Assembly: GCA_043228905.1 (NCBI GenBank)
Contig: JBHGNT010000009.1
Location: forward strand, 8,742,001 to 8,806,000
Length of the DNA: 64,000 nucleotides
Direction: 5' to 3'
DNA from: Azolla caroliniana
Lineage: Eukaryota; Plantae; Polypodiophyta
In this document: piece after piece, positions 1 to 13,669 of the stretch
Position numbering within the stretch: the first letter of the stretch is position 1
How the letters are laid out: every line of letters starts with the position of its first letter
Program-made: the position numbers and the translations under genes
Notes under the pieces: generated by a model
What the model saw: the letters and a program-made list of their open reading frames with translations, nothing else
Databases searched by the model: none
What the model was told of the DNA's origin: nothing

Positions 1-90
1 CCCTCTCCCTGACTTTTAACTAGTCCATGATCTCAATGGGTAGTGTTCTTGCCCAAAGCCAACATTGTCCATAAGGTCATTTAGTACTCG

Positions 91-389
91 TTTTTTGATA
101 CTAATATATTGGCCTCTAAGAATGCTAAACAATATCTCCTTCTCTCTCTCTCTCTTAATTGGTTCATGGATATTTTCTAGGTGGAAATGAGCCCTTGATA
201 ATGCCCTTGTGTGGATCCCCAATCCACATACTATTCTTTTGATATTGATATATTAGCCTCTAAGAATGCGCAAAAATATCATCTTCTCTCTCTCTCTCTC
301 TCTCTCTCCCCCCCCCCCCGTTAATAGATTCATGCATATTTCGAGGTAGGAACAAGCCCTTGATAGTGCCTTTTGTGTGGATCCCCAAC
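91..389. repeat. Degenerate direct duplication (~140 bp x2) with (CT)n
   Basis: ATATT(G/A)GCCTCTAAGAATGC...(CT)n...GCCCTTGATA...GTGTGGATCCCCAA occurs at ~91-222 and ~235-389. Confidence 0.6.
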
Positions 390-2836
390 ACATCCTTGTT
401 CCATATGGTTCTCTATAATGTCAAAGATATGTTCAAGCAAATGAACCTCCCAACATCTGATTGGATAATATTAAAGGCATGAACCCTCTATGACTTAATT
501 GGGTGTAAATTAAAATTTCTTTACATGTCCACTGTACACGAGCATTCAAAGGATAAATACATCTAACCGAAAATTGCACCAAATATCTCATTGGAATTAG
601 CAACAAAAGACATTGTTGATAGTTTAATGGGTCCCATTATAAGATGCTATGATAACATTCTTGAGATTATTGTGGAAGGATGAATGTATACATTGAGCCA
701 TAACCACCCAACACTTCATTGGACATGGGTCTGTCGTTAACATTCACGCAATAATGAAGTTGATTATAGTTTATTCCATTGATATTCATTATATTATAAG
801 AAGGTTGAATGTATGCAAGGGGAACTACCCAAAATACCACTACATATGCTTATAAAAGTCATCATCACAACTTAGTCATTTAATGATTGAAATGTGTTAT
901 ATTTCCATGCCTTGCCATGTCTTATCTATAGTTCATACATTAATGTTCTTTTATGGTCATTTGATCTAAAGAATATGATTGTCAAGCTATCTTTTCATGA
1001 TGTGGTCTTATGAAAAAATTCCAAGCTATTTATGTTTCTTGGTTTGTACATGTTTTTAAATGTTCAACCCAATTTTTGCTATTAAAATTTTGACATCTCA
1101 TCCTCAAATTTGTTCCTTGTGAGGCGTTTTAATTAAATTTGATACCCTCTTGAAAAAACTTTCATAACATAACATTATTTAAGTCTTTTGAAATGAATAA
1201 GAACATTGGTGTTCAAACAAGAAAGGGCCTCCCATTATTAAATATTAATGATAGAGTAAGAAATTTGTGTGCCACCCCATATAAAAACTAGTGGTTACAA
1301 ACCCAAAATTCCTTCATTGGATTATCTCTCTTTGTGAAAAGCCCTAAAGGAAAATAAGTTAGGGGCCATTTGCCAAACAAAGACACATGTACTCTTTTCA
1401 TAATTACTCCCTTCCTTGGTTTCCTATTTGTGTCAATCTAATTTGTGTCTCTCATCACTTGGGATAAGCTTTGAGTGGTGATAAAGTACATCTCATGTTT
1501 ACTCATAAAATAACTATGAAAAAGGAAACGAGATCAACCCATATTCTTATCAATTGGTGCTTCTCGGCTCAAATCGCACTACTTACCGTTATGTATTGGA
1601 TGACATCTTCAAAATTTAGGGATTCAATGCATCGCCTTTGGTCTTCACCAATCAATGTTATTCGTTAAAAAAGTGTTTTCCAATGAAGTTTTCTTAACAT
1701 TCATGGAAGCTTTTATTTTTGATGTTGGATCGCTTCCCATTGAGCTCATGAATATGGAAGGATTGTCAAGTACACATTTTAGGTTAAAAAAACCTTATGT
1801 TAACATCCTAAAATAGCATAGAAAGCAAGTAAAAAACTTCAGAAGACACACAAATGCAAACATTTTCTAGCTCTCAATGTATGTATGCCATTAAGAGTGG
1901 TTTGAAAGATGAATCCATTACCTTGCTTCATTATGTATCAACAAATTCCTAAGTGAATGAGGCATTGTCACAAAAACAAGCGTGCATGTTAGAGATTATT
2001 CCTAATGTAAGCATGAAATAAGGAAATAAATGATAGGTGGATAAGAGAAAGAGAGAGAAAGAAGGGTGTCGATCCACCCAACCACCCTCAAGCGAAGGCA
2101 TTGAGACAGACTCGAGCCTTGATCGGTGTCCCATACCACCGCCATGCATCGAGTTGTACCCAGTATTGCCGCGCTCGCTACAAGAGTTTTTCACCACAAG
2201 ATCATAGTCTCGACATAGTCGAATAAGGTGACTATTGAAGTTAGTTAGGCCTCATTTTTATAGGCAGACCTAAGGGCCCTAAGCAAGTTCCCACTTGTCC
2301 CTTATGGGTTGTCTCAATTCATAGGATTAAAAGTAATCGTCCCTTGTTTACACTCTTGATTAACCCTCACACTTTATCACTTTATCCTTGTGTGTAGAAT
2401 ACTACGATACAACTTACCTTGGGATAAATTATGGTCATACCCGTAACAATGCGTCGGCTACTTGAATAGTACCAGGGGGGAACCTAAACTAGGGAGGATG
2501 TAATGCCATGTAATATGACCCTCAAAGCCCCATTTGTGGTTTTTCCTCATATAATTCTCCCTTTAATATAAATTGTGTCAGTACACGGAGTCAAGAATGC
2601 CTTGGAGCCATGGGATCGTTGGGGCTCGTGGGCTCACTGGGCTCACTGGGCTCATGGGCTCGCTAAGGTCGAAGGCTTTCTTGAGTCGAGGTTAACTCAT
2701 AATCGAGGATAGCTTAGAATTGTGGTTAACAAGAACTTCAGAATAGCTTAGACTCGAGGGTAGCTTGGAATCAAGGTTAGCATAGAATTGAGGTTAGCCT
2801 AGAACCAAAGCCTTGTCTCATCGACACTGTGCTTTG

Positions 2837-2879
<43 letters not shown>

Positions 2880-3067
2880 ACTCTTTCTCACTCTTTCTCA
2901 CTCTCTCTCTCCCCACAACACAATGGATTTTGAGGTGATTACCTCAAAATTAGGCTAAGTACACTTTTTAACATATGATGCAAGATTACGACTCAAAACA
3001 TACAAGTTTTGCTAGAATATCCCTTCATGCATTAGGTTCACAACAACAATACCAAATGGTTACAATG

Positions 3068-3428
3068 TGTCAAAACAGAGATAAGATAGCAGTAGAAAGA
3101 GTGAGAGAAAGAGTGATGGATGATAGAGATAGACGAGATTGTGATGGATAGAATGAGTGAGAGAGAGTGTGTGAGAGAGCGTAAAGATAAAGAGGTACAA
3201 GAGAGACCTTACTTGGAGGACTAGAGACTAGTGTTGAACCCAAATGGTTCAACAAGAGTGAGGAAGCTTCATTATATAGTGGGCCATGGAGCATTCTAGG
3301 GTTTTCTAGAATGTTCCAAGAAGTTCTAGAATGTCCTCAGATGTTCTAGGAAGGTCTAGGAAGATCTAGAATGTTCTAGGAAGTTCTCGAATGTTGTAGG
3401 ATTCTATTAGTTATGAGATTATATTACA
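3068..3428 (-). mobile_element. Solo LTR-like sequence with dense heat-shock-element-like motifs, chromovirus-type
   Basis: TG...CA ends (TGTCAAAA at 3068, ATTACA ending at 3428); repeated TTCTAGAA at 3294-3405; shares GGGTTCAACAC with the LTRs at 13670/15516; TSD not confirmed. Confidence 0.5.
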
Positions 3429-4769
3429 ATGTAAAAAATATGTGTATTGGGTAACTTAATTGTTGAGTGAGCAAGCTCAACTAGGGCTGAATCAATTGAA
3501 GAAGCTGAGAGTCGGATCGGTTGGAGACCGATCAGGTAGGCCCGAATCAGTTGGATAAACCGAAAACCAAATCGGCTGTTAGGCCGTATCGGATGGCCAA
3601 GTCTCATGGAATCTGATAGGACTTTAGGGGCCTATATTCCTATTTTAGTATATTATAGGTAGAGTTAGTGTCAGGCTCAGTTAGTGAGCATTCAAGTACT
3701 TGTCAGTACTTGTGTCAGCCCACTCATCAGGGCTTGTATATAAAGTGCTCTCTGAGCACATTCATTGTATTGAGTACTGAGTTTTTGAAACTTTTAGTTG
3801 TTTGCTCCACTCAGTTTGTCTCTCTTTCTCTCTTACTCTGTGTTTACCTAACTATTGTGTTGTCGAATAACCGACTATGTACTCCGCGTCTATTGCATAC
3901 ACTTCCGCACACATTCTTTTACATGGTATCAGAGCACGAGGGTTGAGAATCCTCTGCAACCGACAAAGATAACATGATAGAGACAAGGTTTTTCGTCTTC
4001 CAGAAAAGAAAATATAGGAACATGGATAGAGGTACGGGAAGCTCGCTTCCGACATAAAAGCTCGACAAGAGCAACTATGCCTCTTGGACATACAAGATGC
4101 ACCAGTATCTACTCGGTCATGGATACTGGAGTTACGTGGAAAGAGTAAATGATGTAGCACTAGAGCCGTCGCACAAAGACTTCCCAGCTTGGGAGCAAGT
4201 AGCAAGCTGAGTCTTGTATTGCTTTGCATCCTGTGTGGGTGACCAAATGCTCAACTACATAAAAGATGCGAAGTCGCCAAAGGATGCTTGGGGAACCTGA
4301 AGAGGGTGTTCCCCGCTACCACCATAACCCGTAAGTTGCAGCTCAGACAGAAGCTCATGAATGTCCGACAAGGGGGTATGTCGATAACTAACTACACCAC
4401 AAAGATCTAGGAGATCTATGATGCACCTGGGTCCATTAGTGTTAGGTCAAAAATATGGGTCGATTCAGACAACTATTTGCATGAGAGAGAAGCCTCTGTC
4501 ATTTTTCGACTTACATTCGATTGCTCCTTGTAGAGGACAACCACACGGGTGCGTTGACGAGCATGCACGTCGACAACAAGATGATGTACACGGAGGCGGA
4601 TCGGCCCCGTGGTTGTGGTGGACGAGGTGGGTTGGCATGCAATGGAGTAGAACTCGATACATAATCGAAATGCCAATAGCAGTTCTGGACCCTCCACGAG
4701 TAGGGGGAGTCAGCTGAAAACCGGAAAGGAAAGACCGCGACGGACTATTGGTATTGTGGCCGGAAGCGC

Positions 4770-5841
4770 TGTCGTGAAGATCCGTCACTACGCGCGGATC
4801 GTGAGGCGGAACCGCCGGGGTTCTGGACCGGAAGGATTTAGAGTCGATACAAGCTTTGGCGAGAAAGTACTTAAGATAGATTGGGAAAGAGAGAAGTTTA
4901 GATTAAACGATTGAGAAAGATCGATTGAACTTTTTATTTTTGGATTTAAGAAACAAGTTACACCATCAATTTGATAACAAATTTCTTCTTAATTTCGTAA
5001 TAAAAAAAAACCGTCTTTTTTCTCCTCCCCCTTCCCTCTTTTATAGATGCTCTCATGCATATGATGCATGTGAGGGTACAAGACATGCATAAATTGCATG
5101 TTTGCCATTTGGCGCTTATGTATTACTTGTGGTGCATGATAACCATGTCACTCATTTTAGTTCTCATGTATGAGAATTTACATGTAAAAGTACAATGATA
5201 GGAATATAATTTCAACTAAATAACATGGCTTAATGGTAAGCCAATTGACTCCTAACTTGGAGGTGCAAGGTTTGAATCCTTACTTGCCCTCTTTGTATAT
5301 GTAAATATGTATATATATTTATATATTTATTTATCTAGTCGCCGGACGCCGGTTCGCCGGATGCCGTCGGTTACCGTTGCCGTCGGTTACCGGTGCGTCG
5401 GCGGATACCGGCGCGTCGCCGGATGCCGTCGGATCACCGGCTCCATCGCCGGTCCGGTTTTGGTTGGTCAAAACCCTTTACGAGTAGCTAGCCCACCTCC
5501 ACTCTTAGTTCAAGTTACCTTCAACTCTCTATGCTCCACACATAGACACAAAGATAATATCTTTTGCTCCACCTTATATATGATGAGAGCTGTATTTGTC
5601 GTGCCTATGTGGGATATCTCACAATTTTCTCTTTTCCTTTCACAAACTTTATACCCTCATATCTTGACATTTAGTTGTCCGTTTCTCGTGTAATAAAGTG
5701 TATTCGAAACCTCCATCATTTTGTACTTAGATATTAAATCTATTTAAAATGTTATCTTCACAATTATTGTACTATGTGATTCATACTCGATTTCGTACGT
5801 TTTATGGGATTTTCACACTATTGCCGAAAATCTTCACGGCA
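4770..5841 (-). mobile_element. Solo LTR of the tRNA-Trp-primed gypsy group, inserted in the copia gag zinc knuckle
   Basis: TGTCGTG...CACGGCA termini; 4-bp TSD GCGC/GCAC; removal restores YCGRKRHW; shares U5 motif CCCCGGCGGTTCCGC with related LTRs. Confidence 0.8.
5222..5290 (+). ncRNA. tRNA-derived module (A box, B box) inside the LTR, antisense to the LTR
   Basis: TGGCTTAATGGTAAGCC (D-arm hairpin, A box) ... CTCCTAA ... AGGTG CAAGG TTTGAAT CCTTA (T arm, B box); acceptor stem not intact. Confidence 0.55.
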
Positions 5842-8800
5842 GCACCACTGAGAGTTAGTGCTGGAAGAAGCACGCCGATTCGGATCGAGCCAGATCGAGC
5901 CGAGGTGACACAGATAGGCGTCAAAGATCGCACTACACCGAAGGCTCAGGGAGAGCCGGAACGGACCCTGCCTTCATTATGAAGCACAAAGCCAACTCGA
6001 TGGCGGTGAGCACCTCGAAGGAAAACAAGGTGTGGTATGTGAATTCTGGTGCATCAAACCATATGAAGAATCACAAGGAGTGGTTCTCAAATATAGAGAA
6101 GTTGAAACAACAGGGGGTCATCGAAACTGGCGATAACACCCCGCACCCCATCAAACATAACAAGAGATGTCCCTCTCAAGCATGTCGGTCAGAGAGGAAT
6201 CAAGAGAAATGTGTTGCATGTGCGGACAATCACCAAAAACTTGGTGTCGGTCGGATAAATTGTCGACCAGGGTATGCAAGTTCGATTTACTCACCTCAGG
6301 TGCTTCATAGAGGAAGAAGTTGGATTATTGCACAAGGGCGCCGAGAAGGGAGGATGTTTATCCTTGAGACGAATGACGTTGGCACCGCTATGTTTGCCAA
6401 AGGGCAAAAGGTCGAATCGGACATTGACTTGTGACACAAGCGATTTGGCCATGTCAACTTCCTACAACTTTAAGAGATGCAAACGAAAAACATCATTTTC
6501 GGCTTGCCGAAATTCAGTGGCCGAAAGGGCCAAATCTGCGAAGCCTGTCATTTAGTGAAGCAACACCGATTTCCATTTCCCAACGAGCATAATTGGAGCT
6601 ATAACAACATCGATTTAATCCATTCGGATGTGTGGGGGGGGGCATAGAATGTGAGTATTGGTGGGAGTCCTTACTTTGTAACCGTCATCGATGATTACAC
6701 TCGGCACACCTGGGCATGCTTGATCGAGAAGAAAAGACATGTCTTCTCCTGTTTCTTGAAGGTGAAGAGCCATGCCGAACGGGAGACATGCCGGAAAATC
6801 AAGTGTCTCAGGACTGATGGCGGAAAAAAGTACTCTTCCAACCAGTTCTCAAGCTATCTGTAGAAGGAGGGAGGGAATCCAATGAGAATTCTCTTGCAGA
6901 TACACACTGGAGCAGAATGGTGTGACCGAGCAGAAGAATCGGATTATAGAGGAAGCGGCGTGGGCAATCCTTGAGGAGAAGCATGTGTTGAAGTTCTACT
7001 AGGCCGAAGCAGTCAAGACACCCATTCAATTGCAAAATTGGACATTTGCAAATGGAGGGAAAGTGTTGCCACACGAACTATACTTTGGGAATAAGCCGAA
7101 CCTAGGACACTTGAGAATGTTCGGTAGCATCGCATATGTGCATGTGCCGAAAGAGAAGAGAAGGAAGTTGCACGCGAGTGCTGAGAAGTGCATTTTGGTC
7201 GGCTACTCGGACGAGCAGAAGGGTTATAAGCGTTATAACCCACGAACGAAACATGTTTGAGTCAGTCAAGATGTCGTATTCAACGAGTCAACTTCATGAT
7301 ACTTGCCTCCACCTTCAACCCCTATTAACTCCATTCTGAATTTTGATGATGAGGCTAGTGAGACTGAGATGCCCCTAGATGAAGAGGAAATCGGAACTCT
7401 AGAAGAGAGTCCAATCTCATTCCGGCTAAGTGAACCGAATGAGAGACTGAGTTGGAACGACTAGTTGGATGATGAGTCTGCGAGTAGTGGAGACTCGGTT
7501 GTGCAGTCCCCGCGTCAGAAGCCGAGGAGAGGGCTACGCAGAAGCATCGATAGATGTGAATTAGCGTGTCGCTATGGAGGAAGAGATGTGCGCATTGGCG
7601 GAGAATGAGACATGGGACCTGGTTGATGCCCCCAAGGGTGTGAAGCTAATCAGATGCAGGTGGGTGTACAAGGTAAAGTACAATGTTGATGGCTCCGTCA
7701 ACCGATACAAGGACAGATTGGTGGCAAGGAGTTGTGCGCAACAACACGACATCGATTACGATGAGACATTTGTGCCGGCCACAAAGATGAGGACCGTTTG
7801 TGTCTTGTTAGCGGTAGCCGCAGCAAAGGGTTGGCATCTACATCAATGGATGTAAATAAGGCATTCCTGCAAGGTGGGCTTGAGGAATAGGTGTACATGG
7901 TACAACCCCTTGGTAGTTTTCTGACTGAAGAAGTCCCTCTACAGACTTAACCAAGCCCCACTGGAATAGGTTGCATAGGATGGGGTTTGCTCTGCTGAAA
8001 TTGGACTCTTCATTGTTCATTCAGCAAAGTTGGACCGGACCGATAAACATTTTGCAATATGTCGATGATTTAGTCATCGCCAGTGCTGACCTAGAAGAAA
8101 TCGATCGCGTAAAGTCTCAACTAGCCGCATCATTCGATATGAAGGATATGGAGGACGTTCATTACTTCCTCAAGATCAATGTGATCCGCACCCCCGAAGG
8201 TATACTGATCAGCCAACAATATTATGTGTTTAGTATGCTCTTCAAGTTCGGTATGACGGATTGAAGTCAGTCGCAACTCCTCTGGATCGAAACGTGAAGC
8301 TTCCCCAAAGATCGGGAAAGGCATGCGACCCAACACGGTTCTGACAAATAGTAAGATTCAGCCTTATATATCTAACCATCACCCTTCCGGAACTTAGCTA
8401 TCCAATCAGCTTGATTAGTCAGTTCATGTCACAACCGACCATGGAACACCTTCAGTGCATGCAGAGGATATTGCGGTATGTCAAAGGATAGGGCATTGTT
8501 GTATCGGGTTAGGGTAGCCAAACAGTTAGTCGGCTACACGGATGTTGATTGGGCCGGAAATGTTGGCAATTGCAGGTCAACATGAGGTTTTGCATTCTCA
8601 TTGGGAGGTGCACTATCATTTTTTCTGTAAGCGAGTCGTCTCCCGTGAAGTGGACTTCTATATGTTCCGATGGATCAGCAAGTTTTCGATATCTTCACCA
8701 AACCTTTTGGCCTAGACAAGTTGCGGCAATTCTCGGGCATGCTTGGCATACAACACATTGACATGCCGAACTTGAGGGGGAGGAGAGAGATGAAGTCTGA

Positions 8801-9745
8801 ATAACTGAATCGCATGAAGACTTCGATTTCGGAATGTCTGGATCGGCTAGAGAAGTCAAGGACATGTGGATAAATGGAAGAAAATTGACGAAATGGAGAC
8901 TAGCCAGTTGCAGGGGGAGTAATCGAAAGAACGGGTCAAAGCCACAGTCATCTGAATAAGGGGGAGGCGGAGCCGAGAAAGGCAAGACAAAAGGTAGGGC
9001 CAAGAAGGGCAGAGCCGACTTGAAGATAAAGGTCAAGACCAGGACATGGTCAAACCCCATGTTCCTGTTTGAACCCTTTCGCAACAAGCCGAGCTTTGTA
9101 TTTGGGATTTTCTAAGTTAGATACATATGAGTATCTGAAAACCCATTTGCAGGGCATTGGCTTTCTTCCAGTTGGCAGTTTGACCAGCTCCCATTTATTG
9201 TTCTAATGGATCGAATCCATCTCGGATCTCATGGCTGCATCTCATGGCTTGCAGTCATGTATCTACGTCTGGTGCATCTATAGCTTCTTCGCATGTGCTT
9301 GGTTCACCTGCATCAGTGTAGTTGACGTAGTCAAGGCCCGATTCATAGAACTCTATTGGCCTTTGAGCTAGTTCGGATCTCCTGGGTGCTGAAGTGATTG
9401 GTTTGGATCCTTCGATCGGCAATTGTTGAACCACTTATATTAGGAGTCCTATTGGATGGCTCGACCCTGTGATCGGATTTCGGTGATGTCTCATCACCCT
9501 CCCCTTCTTCGGGATTGATTGACTTAGTGCTAGGATATTTAGTCGACTTGGGTATGTTTTTCTCTTTGGCCTTGGGTGGTTCGGTCAGGTCGACTCTGTC
9601 GATTCTGACTCGGACCTTGTTGACTTTGCTTTTTTCAACTCTAGTCGATTCAGCTTTGTCTTCGAGTTCGACTAGTTATCGAATCTCCGATTCGGCCTGG
9701 TGGGACGGTGTTTCTATGACATCTCTGTCGATTTCAAAGGATACC

Positions 9746-10753
9746 TTTTTAGCATTAGTGCCTTACGGCCAACAAGGAGTGCAGGTCAGTACACCGCTCG
9801 AATACAGAGCATGTCCACTCTCGATACCAATGCCCCCCCCCCCCCCCCCGAAACCATTACTATCATGGATGTAACCAGGACTTCCCGGGAGGTCACTCAT
9901 CCTAGTATTGTTCTGGCTCAAGCACGCTTAACTAGCAATGCTTGAAGCATCTAAACAACCACAAAACTCATGGCATGTGAGTTGCCAAGGTAGGTAGGAA
10001 TGTGCTACACATTGATCCCCGACAAGTGGTTGGCGGTCACCCACAAGTGGGTGGTATACTGAATGAAGACGTCACACCTAGGTTTGTAGCGTGCTCAACG
10101 GTGCCACCCGAGTTCAGGTGGTTAGCTCGTAACGCCCTGGGTCCGTCTGCAACGCTTAGGTGCGAACCTCCGTAGAATATTAGGGTTCTTTTCAGCATTA
10201 GTGCCTTACGGCCAACAAGGAGTGTGGGTCAGTACACCGCTCGAATACGGAGCATGTCCACTCTCAATAGCAATGCCCCACCCGAAACCATTACTATCAT
10301 GGATGTAACCAAGACTTCCCGGGAGGTCACTCATCCTAGTACTGTTCTGGCTCAAGCACGCTTAACTAGCAATGCTTGAAGCATCCAAACAACCACAAAA
10401 CTCATGGCATGTGAGTTGCCAAGGTAGGTAGGAATGTGCTACACATTGATACCCGACAAGTGGTTGGCGGTCACCTGCAAGGGGGTGGTATACTAACTGC
10501 AGACGTCACACCTAGGTCTATAGCATGCTCAACGGTGCCACCCGAGTTCAGGTGGTTAGCCCGTAACGACCTGGGTCCGGCTGCAACGCTTAGGTGCGAA
10601 CCTCTGTAGAATATTAGGGTTCTTTTTAGTATTAGTGTTTTACGGCCAACAAGGAGTGCGGGTCAGTACATCGCTCGAATACAGAGCATGTTCACTCTCA
10701 ATACCAATGCCCCCCCCCCCCCCGAAACCATTACTATCATGGATGTAACCAGG
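9746..10753 (-). mobile_element. Tandem array (~2.3 units of ~435 bp) with 5S rRNA internal-promoter cores; Cassandra-like TRIM
   Basis: Minus-strand AGTTAAGCGTGCTTGAGCCAGAACA(A/G)TACTAGGATGAGTGACCTCCCGGGAAGTC at 9877-9933 and 10312-10367 matches plant 5S A box-IE-C box; downstream GGGGCA-TTGGTATC is LTR-end/PBS-like; units start ~9746, ~10189, ~10623. Confidence 0.7.
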
Positions 10754-10760
10754 TACCCGT

Positions 10761-11387
10761 TGTCGTGAAGAAAACCGTCCACAAGCGGAATCGGTGCACC
10801 GGAGCGTAGGAACCGGCTCTTCATGCACGTACGCCTTATGTTGTACATAGAAGATCCTAGGTAGGTAGATTCGGTAGGTAGGAAGTTAATGGGAAACGGC
10901 TCCTTCCTTGCCTATAAAAGGAGGGAGACGAGGAGGGGGAAAGGGATCGCGAAGTAAGAGAGGACGAAGTGCTGTCGGATTGTGGGCCGAAGGCTTCTCT
11001 CTCTTCCATACTCCGTAGCTTCTTTCTGTGCAGGTTTCGTGAGGCTCACACTGCTCTAAGGAATGCCCGAGTGCTTCCGGCAGCACCTCCAACCTACTCC
11101 TTTCTTTCTGAGCGTTTGCGAACAGGCATCGGCATCTGTTCGCCGGCTTGTTCGGTTGTAACCGACTTCGTGCTTCTCGTTGTTTGTCTCTGTTAATATA
11201 TACATACATACCTTCGTGTCTCTCTGTGTTGGTTTCCTGCTCGCGTCTTCGTGTCGAAGGGCCGTGTCCCTGTGGATCTACGCTCGCACCTAGTGGGTCT
11301 CTTCCCTTCTCCTTTCTCTCTTGCTCTTCGGTACAAGACCCCCGAGGTCCCGCCTCATTCCACACATCCGCGAGGAATACCTCGACA
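10761..11387 (+). mobile_element. Solo LTR (627 bp) of the tRNA-Trp-primed gypsy group
   Basis: TGTCG...CTCGACA; 4-bp TSD CCGT/CCGT; TATA CCTATAAAAG ~10911; U5 motif CAAGACCCCCGAGGTCCCGC. Confidence 0.85.
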
Positions 11388-11391
11388 CCGT

Positions 11392-12920
11392 CTTCATCTA
11401 ACATGCCGATGGAGACAAAACTTCTTTGCTAGACTTGGTGCAAGATAATTGTGTTGCCATTCAACAATTGAATGGGTACTTCGCCTACTCCAGCTATTTT
11501 GTATTCCTACCTGTTGCCTAGTCGGACTGTGCCACTAGCGCCAACTTAATAGTTCGAAAACCATTCAATGTTTGGGGTCACGTGGAATGTGGCGTCGGAA
11601 TCCAGCAACCATGTATGTGCATCTTGTGCAATGTAGAGGACTTCCCCAATCACCGAGTCCTCTAGGGAGAGGATATCTCCTGATCGGGTGTCATCAACGT
11701 TGACTTGGTTGCTGACTAGAGAGTGGTTCGAGTCGGATTGTCCTCGATTATGCTTGGATTGCCAACCACTCTCTTTCCTCTTCATCGACCAACAGTTGGA
11801 AACATTGTGACCGGTTTTCTGCAATGAGTGCAAAATTCGCCTAATTGACTCATTCTCAACTTTGACTGTTGTCGATCTACCCTCATTCTCGATCGACTAT
11901 GATTTAGACTGGTTCTGTCGGCTTGTTCTCCCGATTGACTCAATCAGTCAATCGACTCGTTCAAGTGGTGGACTTCTACCGGCTCGACGATGGTGAGTCC
12001 CATCGATGATTTTCGCCTGATATCCTCAGTGAGGACTTAGCCAACTGTTTCCTCTAGATTTAGATTTGGTCGGCTATTGGTAAATGTCGTGCAGAATACC
12101 TCCCAACTCGTCGGCAAGCTCGATAGGAGGGTGGGAGCTTTACCTTCTTGTTCGAAGTTAATCCCTTGGGATGAGAGTTCATACAACACCCGGTTGAAGG
12201 TGTGGATGTGGGAGGTGGCTGGATCGGTCTCTCTCATCTTCATGTCGAATAGTTGTTTGATCAATATCAGTTTTGATGATGAGGCCTTCTTCTCGTATAC
12301 AGCTTGTAGCTTCTCCCACAGTGAGAATGTTGTTGTCTCCTTCGCCATGCTGAAGTAGACATTTTCGGCCAGATGCATTCGAATGGTGGAGCGCGTGATT
12401 GCATCTATTGATCTCCACTCTTCAACAATCACTGTGTCGAATGGCTTCGACCTGTCTTCTGATGATCAACACTTCCTACATCATCTCCTTCCACAAGGCA
12501 AAGTTTTTATCATCGAATTTTTGGATCTCAACTCTTGGATCGGATGTTCACGCCATGTTCTGTAGGAAGTACGATTTAACTAACCTGGTCTTTTCTTTCA
12601 ATCAGTTAACTTCTCCTCTTAGCTTTTTTGCTATTCCTTTCCGCTGAACAACAAGTCACTCTGATACTAGTTGAAGGTAGATATGCACGAAAGAACGGGC
12701 GTGGACCTATCGGTTTGTGAACAACAAACAACACATATGGAGCTTCAATGGAGATTCTCGTTATTCTATAACTCTCTCTCTACCAGACTCAGGATACAAG
12801 ATGCAAGAAGAGCCTAAGTTACAACGTTAGGTTATTGCTTATATACTAAGCCCTAACTATTTGGACGTGTTCACACTAGTAAATATACAAAGTGGAAGGA
12901 GTCGGCCTTTTATGCCAACA
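11392..12920 (-). mobile_element. Degenerate Ty1/copia 5' part (LTR ~12669-12920, gag, protease)
   Basis: Degenerate PBS TAGTATCAGAG (~12659-12669); gag TIRMHLAENVYFSM...LLSSLPTSW; PR WLLDSDATFHVT. Confidence 0.85.
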
Positions 12921-13669
12921 TTTTGAATATATACATATAAGTTACAGGTTTGAGCCTTGCCATCACATGGTGGCTATCACACTACCCCCCTCCTAAAATG
13001 ACGAGTCGTTGGAGTTGTCATGGTTGTAGTAGGATTAGGTTTGTTGGGGTATTGACGATGAAATTCTTTGACCAGAGTTGTTCAACATGGGATAAATTCT
13101 TAGGTTCCCATGTTTGATCATTTGCATCATAACCCAACCAATCCACCAAATAATTTCTTGTGTAGGATATTGGAATCGAGAACTTCTGCAACTTCATATT
13201 CATGACCATTGGCAAGTTACAGAGGCAGTGGTAGTGGTATCACGTGATTTAAAATAGTACTTGTAGAACAAGGTTTGAGAAGGGAACAACAAAACACTGG
13301 GTGAAGTTTGCATATGGGATGAGACATCAAGACGGAAAGTAACCTCATTAATCTTTGATGAGATTGTAAATGGTCTCAATCGCTGACAATCACATTTATC
13401 ACAAGGATGTGTCATTGTCATGTATCGACACAATAACCATACACGATCGCCAATGTGAATTGTATGTTGAAGGCAACGATGATCTGCAATGCTTCTGTAG
13501 GATGCTACTACTTGTTTTGAATGACTGGACACCTTTGCTTGAACCTATCACATTTGAGATCACCAATCTTTTGCACATGGATTCGTTGCGATAACCATAC
13601 ACGGTTGCCAATGCGAAACATATGTTGAAGATACCGACGATTTGCAATGCTTTTGTGGGATGCTAATGC
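12921..13669 (-). mobile_element. Chromovirus (Ty3/gypsy) remnant: integrase C-terminus, chromodomain, PPT, start of 3' LTR; continues at 15968-16172
   Basis: IGDRVWLL...RPFTISSKINEVTFRLD (GPY/F region); YLVDWLGYDANDQTWEP (chromodomain); PPT AGGAGGGGGGTAG then TGTGATAG at ~12981; internal ~158-bp tandem duplication. Confidence 0.85.

Larger units (their letters stand above)
3430..8620 (+). mobile_element. Degenerate Ty1/copia element (5' LTR 3430-3923; gag-PR-INT-RT, truncated in RNase H)
   Basis: LTR TGTAAAA...TTTTACA; Met-i PBS TGGTATCAGAGC 3924-3935; fragments WYVNSGASNHM (PR), YFVTVIDDYTR and CLRTDGG (INT), CRWVYKVK and YVDDLVI (RT); many stops and frameshifts; interrupted by solo LTR 4770-5841. 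Confidence 0.9.

Noticed and set aside
400-2450. Possible decayed transposon or gene in AT-rich DNA
   Set aside because: No recognisable domain, terminus or TSD
5222-5290. Functional tRNA gene (CCT anticodon-like loop)
   Set aside because: Acceptor and anticodon stems do not pair properly and it lies inside an LTR; kept as a tRNA-derived module
8620-9745. ORFs 8695-9087 and 9515-9874
   Set aside because: No recognisable motifs; likely decayed retroelement sequence that I could not assign
9877-10367. Functional 5S rRNA genes
   Set aside because: Only the ~57-nt internal control region matches; both gene ends are missing
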